DNA of 64,000 bases, from positions 343,837-407,836 of the forward strand of contig JAWKQX010000006.1 in NCBI GenBank assembly GCA_041389925.1, read 5' to 3'. Shown here piece after piece: positions 37,844 through 47,695 of the stretch. The notes beneath the pieces were generated by a model. That model searched no databases. It was not told the DNA's origin and worked only from the letters and a program-made list of their open reading frames with translations. A program made the translations under genes and the position numbers. Source of the DNA: Kofleriaceae bacterium. GTDB taxonomy: Bacteria > Myxococcota_A > Polyangia > Haliangiales > Haliangiaceae. Each line of letters begins with the position of its first letter. The first letter of the stretch is position 1.

Positions 37844-40738
37844 ATGACGTGCTTTGGCCGAGGCGCCGAGCTGCGCCGCCTCCTCGGCCTGGCCGACGAT
37901 GACCCGGTGGCGGTCTTGGTCGGGCTCCCGGGCATCGGCAAGAGCGAGCTCGCGTATCGCGTCGAGGCCGAGCTGCTGGCCGCGGCGCCGCGACCGGTCG
38001 TGCACGTCAACGTCGCCCCGGGGCAAGCGCAGACGCTGTACCGCCAGCTCCTGGCGAAGATCGACGCGACGCTCGATGAGCCGTCACGCGGCGCGGCCTC
38101 GTCGGAGCTGGCGCTCGACGCGCTGGTCGAGCGGCTGGTCCGCTCGCCGCACCTCGTCCTGCTCGATGACGCGCACCACGCCCCGCTCGAGGCCGCCGCG
38201 CTGATCGATCGCTTGATGCGCCGCATCTCCGTCGCGGCCCGGCTCATCGTCGCGTCGCGCTCGATGTTGCCCATCGAGACGACGCCGATCGTGGTGCGGG
38301 TGGAGCCGCTGCCGCCCGACGCGGGCCACGCGATGGTGGAGCACTTCTCCGCGCGGCTCGGCGTGCAGGTGGAGGACGTGGGCGCGGTGGTCGCGCGCGG
38401 CGGCGGCAGCCCGCTCTTGCTGCGCCATCTCATCGCGGGCTCCTCGCCGGGCGAGCGCTCGCGCGATCCGCTGCACGCCACGATCACCGCGCTCGACGCA
38501 CCGGCCCAGCGCGCGCTGACCCAGCTCGCGGCGGTCGCTTCGTGCTCGCAGTCTCGTCCCGCGGCGGCGCGCCTGGTGTCGACCGAGCTCATCTTGCAGA
38601 CCCTCCACGAGCAGTGCCTGATCGACTTCGGTCCGGAGCGCGTCGTCGTGCACGATCTGGTGCGCGACGCGGTCCTCGCCAAGGCGGACCCCGAGCTGGT
38701 CCTCTCGAGCCGCGTGCACGCCGCGCGCCTCTTGTGGAACGAGTACCGCGCCGGCTGTGATCCGCGGGTCGCCATCGAGGCCATCTGCCTCGCGGCGTCG
38801 GTCGGCGATCTGGAGTCCGCGATGTCGCAGCTCCAGTCGGCGAGCCGCGCGATCACCGACGCCGGGCTCGATCATCTCATCCTGCCGAAGCTGGAGAAGC
38901 TGGCCGCGCGGGGCTCGCTCGACGCGTGCTTGCTGGCGGCGCGGATCTATGTTCGCGTCGCGCGGGTCCGGGACGCCGCGCGGATGCTCGATCACATCCT
39001 CCCGGCGGACCGCCTCAGCTACCAGGCGCTGATCGCGCGCGCCGCGCTGGCCGAGCGGCGCGGCGAGCTGACGGAGGCGACGCGCGGCTTCGCGCGCGCG
39101 TTGGACTCGGTCCCCGCCGGTCAGGCCCGGACGTGGCTGCGGCTGCGCCTGGTCACCGCGCACGCGCTGGCGGGGCGCTGCGACGAGGCCGCCGGCGCGC
39201 TGGCGGAGCTCGAGCCGGTCATCTTCGCCGCGCCCGATGACCCGGAGTCGCGACGGGACCTCGCCCGGTACTGGTGGTCGCATACGCTGGTCACCATGGC
39301 GCGCTACGAGTGGGAGCTCGCGCTCGCGTCGATCGATCACGGGATGCGCGCGGCGAGCAACGCCGGGGATCGCGAGCTCGGGTTCCGGTTTCGCCTCGCC
39401 GGGCTGCTCGCCGCGAGCGAGCTCGGCGCGACCCAGCAAGCGCGCACGTGGGCCGACGAGGTCGCGCGCGCGCGCGGCGGCGAGCCGGCCCACGAGCGGT
39501 TGAGCAACCTGTTCCTGGGGGTCGCGCATCTCGCCGAGGGTGCCGTCGATGAGATCGTGGCGCACCTGCGCCATGCCTACGACCTCCACGCGGCCGACCA
39601 CGACGTCCTGCTCTCCACCGTCGCCGCGTATCACCTGGCGCGCGCGATGCTGGTCGGCGGCTCGGCGGCGGCGGCGTGTGAGGTGCTCCGCGGCGTCGTG
39701 GACGTCGTCGTCGGTCAGGGCCTGGGAGCGCTCGTCGGTCCGGCCAAGGCGCTCTACGGCCGCGCGCTGGTCGCGGCGGGGCGCCTCGACGAGGCCCACG
39801 TCCTCGCCGCGGAGCTGGTCCGGTACGCGCACGCGCGGATGGTGGGCGAGGGCCAGGCCCTGCACGCGCACATCGCCGCGATGAGCGGAGACCTCTCCAC
39901 CGCGCGACGTCACCTGGCGTTGGCGTTGGAGGCGGTCGGCGATCGCGTCGCGGCGCGGGCGAGCCTGGTGATGGACCAGGCCCTCCTGGAGCTGTTCGGT
40001 GGCGATCCGGAGCGCGCCCGCGCGGCGGCGCTCGCGGCGCGCGACGCGAGCGCGTCTCGAGCTCATCCGCGCCTCCGCGGCAGCGTCCTCTATGTCCTGG
40101 CGGTGGCCGATCTCGCCGCGGGGCTCACCGACACCGCGCTCGAGGCGCTGGGCGAAGCCGAGGCCATCGCGGCCGAGTACGCGCTCGGGCAGCTCACGGA
40201 GTCCATCAAGCTCCTGCGCAACGCGACCGCCCTGGGAGACTCGATCTTCGATCGGGTGCCCCAGACCCACCGGCAGGGATATCTCGGCCTGCTCCGCGTC
40301 CTGGGCCTTCGATCCGGTACGCTGCTCGTGCTGAGCCGGCGGGGGCGGATCCACACCGGCGCGGCGCAGCTCGCGCAGGCGGCGCAGCACTTCGACATCG
40401 TCGTAGATCGCGTGGTCAACTCGCTCCGCGGTCCGAGCTCGACGGTCGAGGGGCGCGCCACCGCGGTGGCGATCTTGGTGGGGCTCGCCGAGAGCGAGGA
40501 GCCGGTCAGTCCGGAGCGGCTCTACCAGATCGTCTGGGGGGCTGGTGAGTATCACCCTATCCGACATAGAAATACTCTATATATTGCGCTCAATCGGACT
40601 CGAAAGGCCTTGAAAGACATTGGAGAGTCCCGCGAGGTGATCCTGCGCGGCAGCGACGGGTGGTACCTCTCGCCGGAGATCGACCTCGCGGTCGTCTATC
40701 GAGATCCGCGGGTCTCCACCGTTGCAGTGCCCATGTAA
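37844..40738 (+). CDS. STAND-type P-loop NTPase fused to helical/TPR-like region and a C-terminal OmpR/PhoB-type winged-helix DNA-binding domain
   Basis: Walker A VLVGLPGIGKSE and Walker B HLVLLDDAHH. Then ~600 aa of Ala/Leu-rich helical repeats. C-terminus LYQIVWGAGEYHPIRHRNTLYIALNRTRKALKDIGESREVILRGSDGWYLSPE resembles trans_reg_C. Confidence 0.6.
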   Translation: MTCFGRGAELRRLLGLADDDPVAVLVGLPGIGKSELAYRVEAELLAAAPRPVVHVNVAPGQAQTLYRQLLAKIDATLDEPSRGAASSELALDALVERLVRSPHLVLLDDAHHAPLEAAALIDRLMRRISVAARLIVASRSMLPIETTPIVVRVEPLPPDAGHAMVEHFSARLGVQVEDVGAVVARGGGSPLLLRHLIAGSSPGERSRDPLHATITALDAPAQRALTQLAAVASCSQSRPAAARLVSTELILQTLHEQCLIDFGPERVVVHDLVRDAVLAKADPELVLSSRVHAARLLWNEYRAGCDPRVAIEAICLAASVGDLESAMSQLQSASRAITDAGLDHLILPKLEKLAARGSLDACLLAARIYVRVARVRDAARMLDHILPADRLSYQALIARAALAERRGELTEATRGFARALDSVPAGQARTWLRLRLVTAHALAGRCDEAAGALAELEPVIFAAPDDPESRRDLARYWWSHTLVTMARYEWELALASIDHGMRAASNAGDRELGFRFRLAGLLAASELGATQQARTWADEVARARGGEPAHERLSNLFLGVAHLAEGAVDEIVAHLRHAYDLHAADHDVLLSTVAAYHLARAMLVGGSAAAACEVLRGVVDVVVGQGLGALVGPAKALYGRALVAAGRLDEAHVLAAELVRYAHARMVGEGQALHAHIAAMSGDLSTARRHLALALEAVGDRVAARASLVMDQALLELFGGDPERARAAALAARDASASRAHPRLRGSVLYVLAVADLAAGLTDTALEALGEAEAIAAEYALGQLTESIKLLRNATALGDSIFDRVPQTHRQGYLGLLRVLGLRSGTLLVLSRRGRIHTGAAQLAQAAQHFDIVVDRVVNSLRGPSSTVEGRATAVAILVGLAESEEPVSPERLYQIVWGAGEYHPIRHRNTLYIALNRTRKALKDIGESREVILRGSDGWYLSPEIDLAVVYRDPRVSTVAVPM

Positions 40739-40807
40739 AGACGAAGTATAGGTGTCGTTGCTGGTGGGTTGTTCCGGCCTGAGAAGAATGGTTCTCGGGA
40801 ACCGGAC

Positions 40808-43243
40808 ATGGAAGCTGGCACGACCATCGGCCGTTACGAAGTCCTCCGACTGCTGGCCGCAGGAGGGATGGGGGAGATCTACCTGGTGCGGCAGCACTCG
40901 ACGGTGCCGGGCTTCGCGTCCCTCGCCGTGATCAAGCTGCTGATCAACTCGCTGAGCATCAACCCCGCCTTCGTGCAGATGTTCCTGGAGGAGGCGCGGA
41001 TCGCCAGCCGCCTTCAGCACAAGAACATCGTACAGGTGCGCGACGTGGCTCAGCACGGCGGTCAGTACTACATGGTCATGGAGTACATCCCCGGGCACAA
41101 CCTGCGCGAGCTGCTCGGAGACACCTCCATCCTCGATCGCCCGCTGTTCTCGCCACGGCTCGGCGCGGAGCTGTTCGCGGACATCGCCAGCGCCCTCGGC
41201 GCCGCGCACGCGCAGCACCTCGTGCACCGCGACATCTCCCCGAACAACCTGATGATCAGCGATGAGGGCGTGCCCAAGCTGATCGATTTCGGCGTGGCGC
41301 GCGCGCAGAGCACGACGTCGTTGACCAAGCCGGGGACGCTCAAGGGCAAGTTCTCGTACATGGCGCCGGAGTACGTGCGCAGCGAGGCGTACGACCACCG
41401 CGTGGATCTGTTCTCGCTCGGCGTGGTGATGTGGGAGACGTTCACGCGTCGTCGGTTGTTTCGCGGGCCGAGCGCGGCCGAGCAGATCCACCAGATCCTC
41501 GAGGCGCCGATCCCGGCGCTCGACAAGGTGGTGCCGGACTTTCCACACGACCTCTCGACGATCGTGGCGGCCGCGCTCGAGCGAGATCCGCAGCGCCGGA
41601 TCTCCTCCGCGATGCTCCTCGCCGATAGCCTCGCCGAGATCGCGCGCGCGCTCCCGGTGGGGCGCGATCCGACGCTGCGCAAGTGGCTGGAGCGTCGCAT
41701 CCCCGATCGCTTGCGGGAGCGCGCCCAGACGGATCAGCTGCTGGCGACGCTGCCGCACGGCGCGCCGATCCCAGATTTCGGGACCGCGTTCCCCAACGCC
41801 GGCAGCGTGCCCAGCAGCTACGGCAACGCGCTCCATCACGACGCTCATGAGGAGGAGACGGGGCCACGTGAGGCCGTGGCGGCCGCGCCTCGCCGATCGA
41901 GCTCGCCGTCGTCGCTCCCGCCGGGGAGCGGGCTGGCGCCGGGGATGGGGCGCACGCCCGGGAGCACGCTCGCGCCGCGGATCGCGCCCGCGCCGGCCCT
42001 GGGGCCCGCGCCGAGCCACGCTCCGCTCACGGGGCCCGCGCCGGGGCAGGGGCCGTCGCCCGCGCCGGCGCCCGCGCCGCCGGCGCCCAGCGGCCGCGCG
42101 CGGTCGTTGCCCATCGTGCTGGGGTTCCTCGGCGGCATCCTGGCGATCGTGGTCGGGCTGCTGGTGCTGCGCGGCTCCTCGACGGACAAGGGGCCCTCGG
42201 TCGCGGCCGGCGCGGCTGAGGGCTCGCTCGCCGACGCGCATCGCCAGCTCGGCCTGCGCGCCATGGCCGGCGGTGATCTGGAGCAGGCGCGGCGGGAGTT
42301 CGCCGAGGCCGTGCGGCTGGGCGCGGGGGGAGACGTGACGCGGCTGCTCGAGCTGACGACGACCCAGGCCAAGCTGGCGGGGACCCCCGACGCGGCCGCC
42401 GCGGAGCCCGCGCCGGCCGAGGCCCGCGCGGCCGCGGCGGTCGCCGAGCCGGCGGCTCCGGACGAGGTCGTCGCGTCGGCGCCGAGCAGCGTCGCGCCGC
42501 CGGGCTCGGGGGGCTCGGACGGCTTGGACGGCTCGGACGGCTCGGAGGACGACGACGCGGCCGCGCCGCCGTCGCGCCCGTCGTCGCGCAGCGTGCGCTC
42601 GACGCCGACCCGCACCCGAGTCGCGCGCCAGCCGGACGTGAGCGTGAGCGTCGAGCCGGATGTCGCGCCGGCGCCCGTACCGGCGCCGGCGCCGGCGCCG
42701 CCCGCGATGGCGACGGTGACGGTCACGTCGGCGGTCCCCGACGCACAGGTGTTCGTCGATCAGCAGCTCGTCGGCACGGCGCCGCGCAAGCTCGAGCTGA
42801 CCCCGGAGGTCGAGCACGTGGTGGTCGTGAAGACGCGCGGCGGAGAGACGCTGCTCACGCGCCCCGTCCGGCTCGCGGCGGGCGCCACCACCTCCTTCCG
42901 CGTGGTGGCCAGGCCGGCGGCGGCGCCGCCGGCCGCCGCGCCGGCGGTGCCCGCGGTCAAGCCAGCGCGGACGCCGCGCGTCACCTCCGACGGCTCGGTC
43001 GACGCCGGCGCGCGGGTCGTGGCGGCGTGCAACGCGTGCCACGCGCGGACCGGCGCGGCGTCGTTCGGCGGTCGCCGCTATACGCGCGCGCAATGGGAGC
43101 GCTTCTTCGCGGGCGGTCTCCACGATCGATACGTCGGCATCGGCGACCAGATGGGCGCGGGAGAGCTGAGCGCGGCCCGCGCGTTCCTCCGCGCCAACGC
43201 GGCCGACAGCGCGGAACACCAAGGCGCGGGGATCCAGGAGTAG
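40808..43243 (+). CDS. Ser/Thr protein kinase with TM, Pro-rich linker, periplasmic PEGA domain and C-terminal mono-heme c-type (CXXCH) domain
   Basis: Kinase motifs GGMGEIYLV...VIK, HRDISPNN and DFG. TM is LPIVLGFLGGILAIVVGLLVL. PEGA-like segment VTVTSAVPDAQVFVDQQLVGTAPRKLELTPEVEHVVVVK. C-terminus VVAACNACHARTG.... Confidence 0.75.
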   Translation: MEAGTTIGRYEVLRLLAAGGMGEIYLVRQHSTVPGFASLAVIKLLINSLSINPAFVQMFLEEARIASRLQHKNIVQVRDVAQHGGQYYMVMEYIPGHNLRELLGDTSILDRPLFSPRLGAELFADIASALGAAHAQHLVHRDISPNNLMISDEGVPKLIDFGVARAQSTTSLTKPGTLKGKFSYMAPEYVRSEAYDHRVDLFSLGVVMWETFTRRRLFRGPSAAEQIHQILEAPIPALDKVVPDFPHDLSTIVAAALERDPQRRISSAMLLADSLAEIARALPVGRDPTLRKWLERRIPDRLRERAQTDQLLATLPHGAPIPDFGTAFPNAGSVPSSYGNALHHDAHEEETGPREAVAAAPRRSSSPSSLPPGSGLAPGMGRTPGSTLAPRIAPAPALGPAPSHAPLTGPAPGQGPSPAPAPAPPAPSGRARSLPIVLGFLGGILAIVVGLLVLRGSSTDKGPSVAAGAAEGSLADAHRQLGLRAMAGGDLEQARREFAEAVRLGAGGDVTRLLELTTTQAKLAGTPDAAAAEPAPAEARAAAAVAEPAAPDEVVASAPSSVAPPGSGGSDGLDGSDGSEDDDAAAPPSRPSSRSVRSTPTRTRVARQPDVSVSVEPDVAPAPVPAPAPAPPAMATVTVTSAVPDAQVFVDQQLVGTAPRKLELTPEVEHVVVVKTRGGETLLTRPVRLAAGATTSFRVVARPAAAPPAAAPAVPAVKPARTPRVTSDGSVDAGARVVAACNACHARTGAASFGGRRYTRAQWERFFAGGLHDRYVGIGDQMGAGELSAARAFLRANAADSAEHQGAGIQE

Positions 43244-43245
43244 AC

Positions 43246-44952
43246 ATGACTGCATCGTTCTCGACGTCGCGCACCGCGGCGTGCCTCAACGTTCGTTGGC
43301 TCTCGCTCGCGCTGCTCCTCGTCGGCGCGGGCCGCGCGGCCGCGCAGGGAGGTGCGCCCGGGCGGGAGGACGACGGCGCCGAGGAGCCCGCCGCGGGCGC
43401 CGCGGAGCCGAGCGACGCCGAGGATCGCGCGCCGTCGCTCGCGCTCCCGGCGCCGGCGGAGGATGAGGTCGCCGAAGATCGGCGTCGCCTCCGCGAGCTC
43501 GAGGATCGCCTCGACGAGGTGGAGAAGCACTCGACGCTGCAGCGCCTGGAGTGGTCCGGCGACTACCGGACCAGCCTGGCGCGCTACTGGTATCACGGCG
43601 CCTCGCCGGACAGTAACCCGTACGCCCGGCCCACCATCATCGACGGCCGCACCGACGAGCAGTGGATGCACCGCGCGCGCTTCATGATCAAGGCGCAGCC
43701 CTCGGAGAACCTCCGCTTTCGCGGTCGCGTCTCGGTGTTCAAGCGCTTCGGCACCAACACCTCGACCCCGTCGCCGCAGGACTTCTCACAGGGCCGCGTG
43801 CCCTCCGATACCACGCTGCGCATGGACCGCTTCTGGCTGGACTGGTTCCTCACCCCGAAGCTGGCGTTGTCCTTCGGCCGCATCTCGTACTCCGACGGCA
43901 GCCCCGCGGAGCTGCGCGAGAACCTGGAGAAGCCCGACGCCACCTGGGGCCTCACCATGGTCGACGGCGAGTACGAGACCTTCGACATCACCGCCCAGAT
44001 CTCCGACCACGTCCTGGTCCGCGGCTTCTACGCCTCCTGGGCGTTTCCTCGCAACGACGACCTTTTCTCCTCGAGCCTGTTCCTCGACAGCGAGGTCAAC
44101 AACCTGCGCATCCTCGGCGGCAACGCGGACATCTCCTACCCCGCGGCGAAGCTGTTCGCGCAGCTTGGCGCCTACGCGGTGCCGAAGTTCCGGCCGTTCG
44201 CGATCCCGCTGCCCAACCCGGCCTTCTACGCCGATCCGAACGCCAACCCGACCAACGCGCCGCCGCCGCTCGATGGCTCGCTGGTGTTTCCATCGTCGCT
44301 GCCGAGCTCGCTCGGCTCGTACGCGAACCTGAGCCTGATGGTGATGGTGCGAGATCTCGCCGGCGTGGACTTCTTCGCGGGTGGGGCGCTCGGCTTCCTC
44401 AACCCCAATGGCGAGGCCATCAAGTATCGAGGGTTCGCTCCCGATGGAAGCGAGCAGCCGATCTTGACGCTGGTGGGCGCCGATCAGGGGCTCTGGGAGT
44501 ACGACGCCCAGGGCAACCCCACCGTCTTCCGCAACGAACCCGCGCCGAGCCGCACCACGTTCGTGTACCTGGGTGGGCGCTGGACCCTGCCGGTCGGCGG
44601 GCCCTACGCGCCGAAGGTCGGGCTCGAGTACAACTACGGATCTCGATACTCGATCTCGTTTAGCCAGTCGACGGATCTGTTGACCAACAAGCTGGCGACG
44701 CGCGGCAGCGCGTGGGAGACCTACGCCATCCAGCCCATCTCCGAGCGCGCGTTCCTGCGGCTCGATCTGCAGTACATCGACGCGAAGTACACCAGCGGCA
44801 TGCCCGGCAACATCGCGGGCGGGACCGGCTTCTTCGGTAGCCCGGACAGCCCGCTGGCGCCGATGCAGGCGCACGGCGGCACGTCGCCGCCGGTGTCGCC
44901 CTCGGGCCAGAACCTCTACGCGCTGTCCGCGACGATCCACGTCAACTTCTAG
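43246..44952 (+). CDS. Secreted/outer-membrane beta-rich protein (putative porin-like) with N-terminal coiled coil
   Basis: Starts 3 bp after the kinase stop. Signal MTASFSTSRTAACLNVRWLSLALLLVGAGRAAAQ, then coiled coil EDRRRLRELEDRLDEVEK, and a C-terminal aromatic residue (…IHVNF). Confidence 0.5.
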   Translation: MTASFSTSRTAACLNVRWLSLALLLVGAGRAAAQGGAPGREDDGAEEPAAGAAEPSDAEDRAPSLALPAPAEDEVAEDRRRLRELEDRLDEVEKHSTLQRLEWSGDYRTSLARYWYHGASPDSNPYARPTIIDGRTDEQWMHRARFMIKAQPSENLRFRGRVSVFKRFGTNTSTPSPQDFSQGRVPSDTTLRMDRFWLDWFLTPKLALSFGRISYSDGSPAELRENLEKPDATWGLTMVDGEYETFDITAQISDHVLVRGFYASWAFPRNDDLFSSSLFLDSEVNNLRILGGNADISYPAAKLFAQLGAYAVPKFRPFAIPLPNPAFYADPNANPTNAPPPLDGSLVFPSSLPSSLGSYANLSLMVMVRDLAGVDFFAGGALGFLNPNGEAIKYRGFAPDGSEQPILTLVGADQGLWEYDAQGNPTVFRNEPAPSRTTFVYLGGRWTLPVGGPYAPKVGLEYNYGSRYSISFSQSTDLLTNKLATRGSAWETYAIQPISERAFLRLDLQYIDAKYTSGMPGNIAGGTGFFGSPDSPLAPMQAHGGTSPPVSPSGQNLYALSATIHVNF

Positions 44953-45317
44953 ATCCGACGACATCCGACGACGCGTGGCTCGGTGGCGCGGCGGCGCGCG
45001 CGAGGCGCGCTCGGTCGCGGTCACGACCTCCGTGCGCTTGCGCTTTCGGGAGCGAGGCGTTCACACGATCGCGCGGTCGCCATCGCCGGTGGCGAACCTG
45101 GCCAACGTGTGTGGATGCTCCGTCCCGACCGCGGTCACCGACGCGTTGATGCAAGGCGTTGTGGTCCGTCCAAACGAGCCGCCCACCGCGTGTTCGTAGG
45201 TTCTCCATCCCTACAATTCTGGGCCGCCCACTCACGTGCTTGGACTTCATGGAATTCCCGATCTCACTTGCGCGTTCGGCCGCGCGGTGGATGGTCCACC
45301 AGAAGTTAGGAAGTCCA

Positions 45318-45929
45318 ATGAAGAAGCAAAAAGTAGGCACGAAGTTGTTGGCTGTGTTCTTGGCGATCGCGATGGTCGCAGCTGGATGCGCCGCGGAGGG
45401 GCCGCGTCCCAGCACCGAGTTGCCCCGTCAGACGGGGGAGCAGATGTTTCGCGGTCTGGTCTTCGGTGAGGGCGCGGTCGCCGCGCAGGTTCCGGAGATC
45501 TGGGGTAGCTATCAAGCGCCCGAGCTCGACGCGAAGGATCAGGCGCGGCGCGAGGAGATGATCGCGCAGCTCATCGCCGATCTGCGCGAGGCCGACGCGA
45601 CCTTCCTGGATCGCTATGGCGCCGCGATGCAGAGTGGGGATCACCTGTTGATCGAGAAGACGCTCGATGAGAGCGCCGTGCTCGTTCGGCAGGCGGTGGA
45701 GAAGCGCCAGGGCCCGCTGTCGGACAGCAAGGTCGTGAAGGATCCGGGCGGCACCTGTCTCGCCGTGGCACTCGTCGTCGTCGGCGCCCTCGTGGTCGCG
45801 GTGGTCGGCTACGCGGTCTACAACGAGAACGTGTTCTGGGGCGGTGGCGACGAGTTCGGATGGTCCGGGTCGCAGCTCGGTCGCGACCAGGCGGTCGACC
45901 TCATCGCGACGAGGCTCGTCACGCACTAG
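45318..45929 (+). CDS. Small lipoprotein with C-terminal hydrophobic helix; candidate SdpC-like toxin/bacteriocin precursor (assignment by synteny)
   Basis: RBS AGGAAG. Lipobox MVAAGC. C-terminus GGTCLAVALVVVGALVVAVVGYAVYNENVFWGGGDEFGW. It is followed by a strong hairpin and then SdpA/SdpB-family-like genes. Confidence 0.35.
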   Translation: MKKQKVGTKLLAVFLAIAMVAAGCAAEGPRPSTELPRQTGEQMFRGLVFGEGAVAAQVPEIWGSYQAPELDAKDQARREEMIAQLIADLREADATFLDRYGAAMQSGDHLLIEKTLDESAVLVRQAVEKRQGPLSDSKVVKDPGGTCLAVALVVVGALVVAVVGYAVYNENVFWGGGDEFGWSGSQLGRDQAVDLIATRLVTH

Positions 45930-45968
45930 GTCCCACCGAGTGACGTGAACCTCTAGCTCGCCGGTCGT

Positions 45969-45993
45969 GGGGCGTCCGCGCGGCGGACGCCCC
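45969..45993 (+). terminator. Perfect 11-bp stem hairpin GGGGCGTCCGC-GCG-GCGGACGCCCC (intrinsic terminator/attenuator candidate)
   Basis: The inverted repeat is visible 40 bp after the stop at 45929. The T-tract after it is weak (ctatttccctct). Confidence 0.5.
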
Positions 45994-46043
45994 ACGGTTG
46001 GCCCCTATTTCCCTCTGGTCCCTGGCAAGGCTGCGTGATCTCC

Positions 46044-46670
46044 ATGGCTACCACTGACCCCACCGAAGCATCGGCCCCTCCTCTCCCCTCGACTCTTCCC
46101 CCAACGATGGTCGTGTCCGCGGTCGTCGCCCCGTCGGCGCGCGCGCTCGGCGCGCTGACGCTGGCGCTGGCGGCGGCCTGGCTCGTCGTCATCGGCTACG
46201 CGGCCTACCCCGCGCTGCCGCAGAGCCCGGTGCGCCTCCCGCTGGCGGAGCGTGCGCACAGCTACCTCTGGGCGCCGCAAGGGTGGAGCTTCTTCACGCG
46301 CGACCCGCGCGGAGATCGGCAGTTCGTCTATCACAAGGGCGCCTCGGGCTGGGATCCGGTGCTGTTGGCGCCGCACGGGCGGCTGACCAACCTCGCCGGC
46401 CTGCGCCGTCGCTCGCGCGCGCAGGGCGTGGAGATGGCGCTCCTCCTCGAGAATGTCCCGCCCACCGCATGGCGGACGTGCGACGCCCCGGTGCAGGTTT
46501 GCCTGAGCCAGCCCAGCACGCCGCGCGAGGTCCCCAACGTCTCGCCCGATCCGACGATGTGCGGCGACGTCGCGGTGGTGCTGCAGCGGCCATTGCCGTG
46601 GGCGTGGGCGCGCGCTTCGCGCCCGATCACCATGCCGTCCCGCGTGGTGTCGCTGAGGGTGTCATGCTGA
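46044..46670 (+). CDS. SdpA-family (antimicrobial-peptide system) protein-like
   Basis: N-terminal TM (ALGALTLALAAAWLVVIGYAAY), then SYLWAPQGWSFFTRDPRGDRQFVYHKGASGWDP. This resembles the SdpA family as I recall it (assignment from memory). The stop overlaps the next gene's start. Confidence 0.45.
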   Translation: MATTDPTEASAPPLPSTLPPTMVVSAVVAPSARALGALTLALAAAWLVVIGYAAYPALPQSPVRLPLAERAHSYLWAPQGWSFFTRDPRGDRQFVYHKGASGWDPVLLAPHGRLTNLAGLRRRSRAQGVEMALLLENVPPTAWRTCDAPVQVCLSQPSTPREVPNVSPDPTMCGDVAVVLQRPLPWAWARASRPITMPSRVVSLRVSC

Positions 46671-47695
46671 GCGCCCTCGGGAGCAAGGTCCGCGCGGCGA
46701 TCGCGCAGCCGCTGCACTCCAACGTCCTCGGCGTGGCACGCACGGTGATCGCGCTGGGCACGTTGGGCACGCTGCTGTTCAGCCGCGCCAGCGACATCCT
46801 CCGGCCCGCCGTGGGGTTCAGCGAGTCGCCGCACTGCGCGAGCGTGGGCAAGGCCGGGCTGTTCTGCCTCACCGGCGCGGATCATCTGGAGCTGGGGAGG
46901 TGGCTCGCGGTGGCGGCGCTGCTGCTGGTCGCCAGCGGCTGGCGGCCGCGGCTGACCGGCCTGTTGCACTGGTACGTGGTGACCAGCTTGTTCTCCTCCG
47001 GCACGCTGGTCGACGGTGGCGATCAAGCCGCGGTGGTGCTGACGTTCTTGCTCGTGCCGATCACGCTCGCGGATCCGCGACGCTGGCACTGGAGCGCCGC
47101 GCCGCCGGTCTCGCTGGAGCGGACGACCGCGCGGCGCGCGCTGGGCGCGAGCGCGCTGCGCCTGTTGGCGCTGACCTGCGCGTGGGCGCTCCGGCTGCAG
47201 ATGGCCGGGATCTACTTTCAGGCGTGCGTCTCCAAGCTCAAGGTGCCGGAGTGGCAGGACGGCACCGCGGTGTACTACTGGTTCACCGACCCGTGGTTCG
47301 GCATTCCGGAGCCGGTGCGCTCGCTGGTCATGCCGCTGCTCACCAATGGCATGGTCGTCACCGCGATCACCTGGGGTGCGCTGGCGCTGGAGATCTTTCT
47401 CTTCTCCGGGCTCGTGGCGACGCGCCGGACCCGGAGGGCGCTCCTGGTGCTCGGCATTTCGTTCCACGCGATGATCGCGCTCATCCACGGGCTGCTGAGC
47501 TTCGCGCTGGTGATGTGGGGTGGCCTGATCCTGTTTCTGCGGCCGCTGGATCAGGAGTTCGCGGCGGTCCGGCGCCTCACCGAGCGGCTCGGCGACGGCG
47601 TGCGGCTCGTCGGGGCGCGCGTGAGGCGCCGCGCCGGCAACGAGGGGGAGGCCTTGCCCACGCGCGGCGCGCGCGGCGCGGTCGTGCGCTCGTGA
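46664..47695 (+). CDS. HTTM-domain (vitamin-K-dependent gamma-carboxylase-like) membrane protein, SdpB-family-like
   Basis: 343 aa, polytopic, with an N-terminal HTTM-like segment (…VARTVIALGTLGTLLFSRASDILRP…). ATGCTGA overlap with the SdpA-like stop. Confidence 0.5.
   Translation: MLSALGSKVRAAIAQPLHSNVLGVARTVIALGTLGTLLFSRASDILRPAVGFSESPHCASVGKAGLFCLTGADHLELGRWLAVAALLLVASGWRPRLTGLLHWYVVTSLFSSGTLVDGGDQAAVVLTFLLVPITLADPRRWHWSAAPPVSLERTTARRALGASALRLLALTCAWALRLQMAGIYFQACVSKLKVPEWQDGTAVYYWFTDPWFGIPEPVRSLVMPLLTNGMVVTAITWGALALEIFLFSGLVATRRTRRALLVLGISFHAMIALIHGLLSFALVMWGGLILFLRPLDQEFAAVRRLTERLGDGVRLVGARVRRRAGNEGEALPTRGARGAVVRS

Noticed and set aside
38084-40567. 827-aa minus-strand ORF
   Set aside because: Antisense to the STAND NTPase gene. 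It has no motifs.
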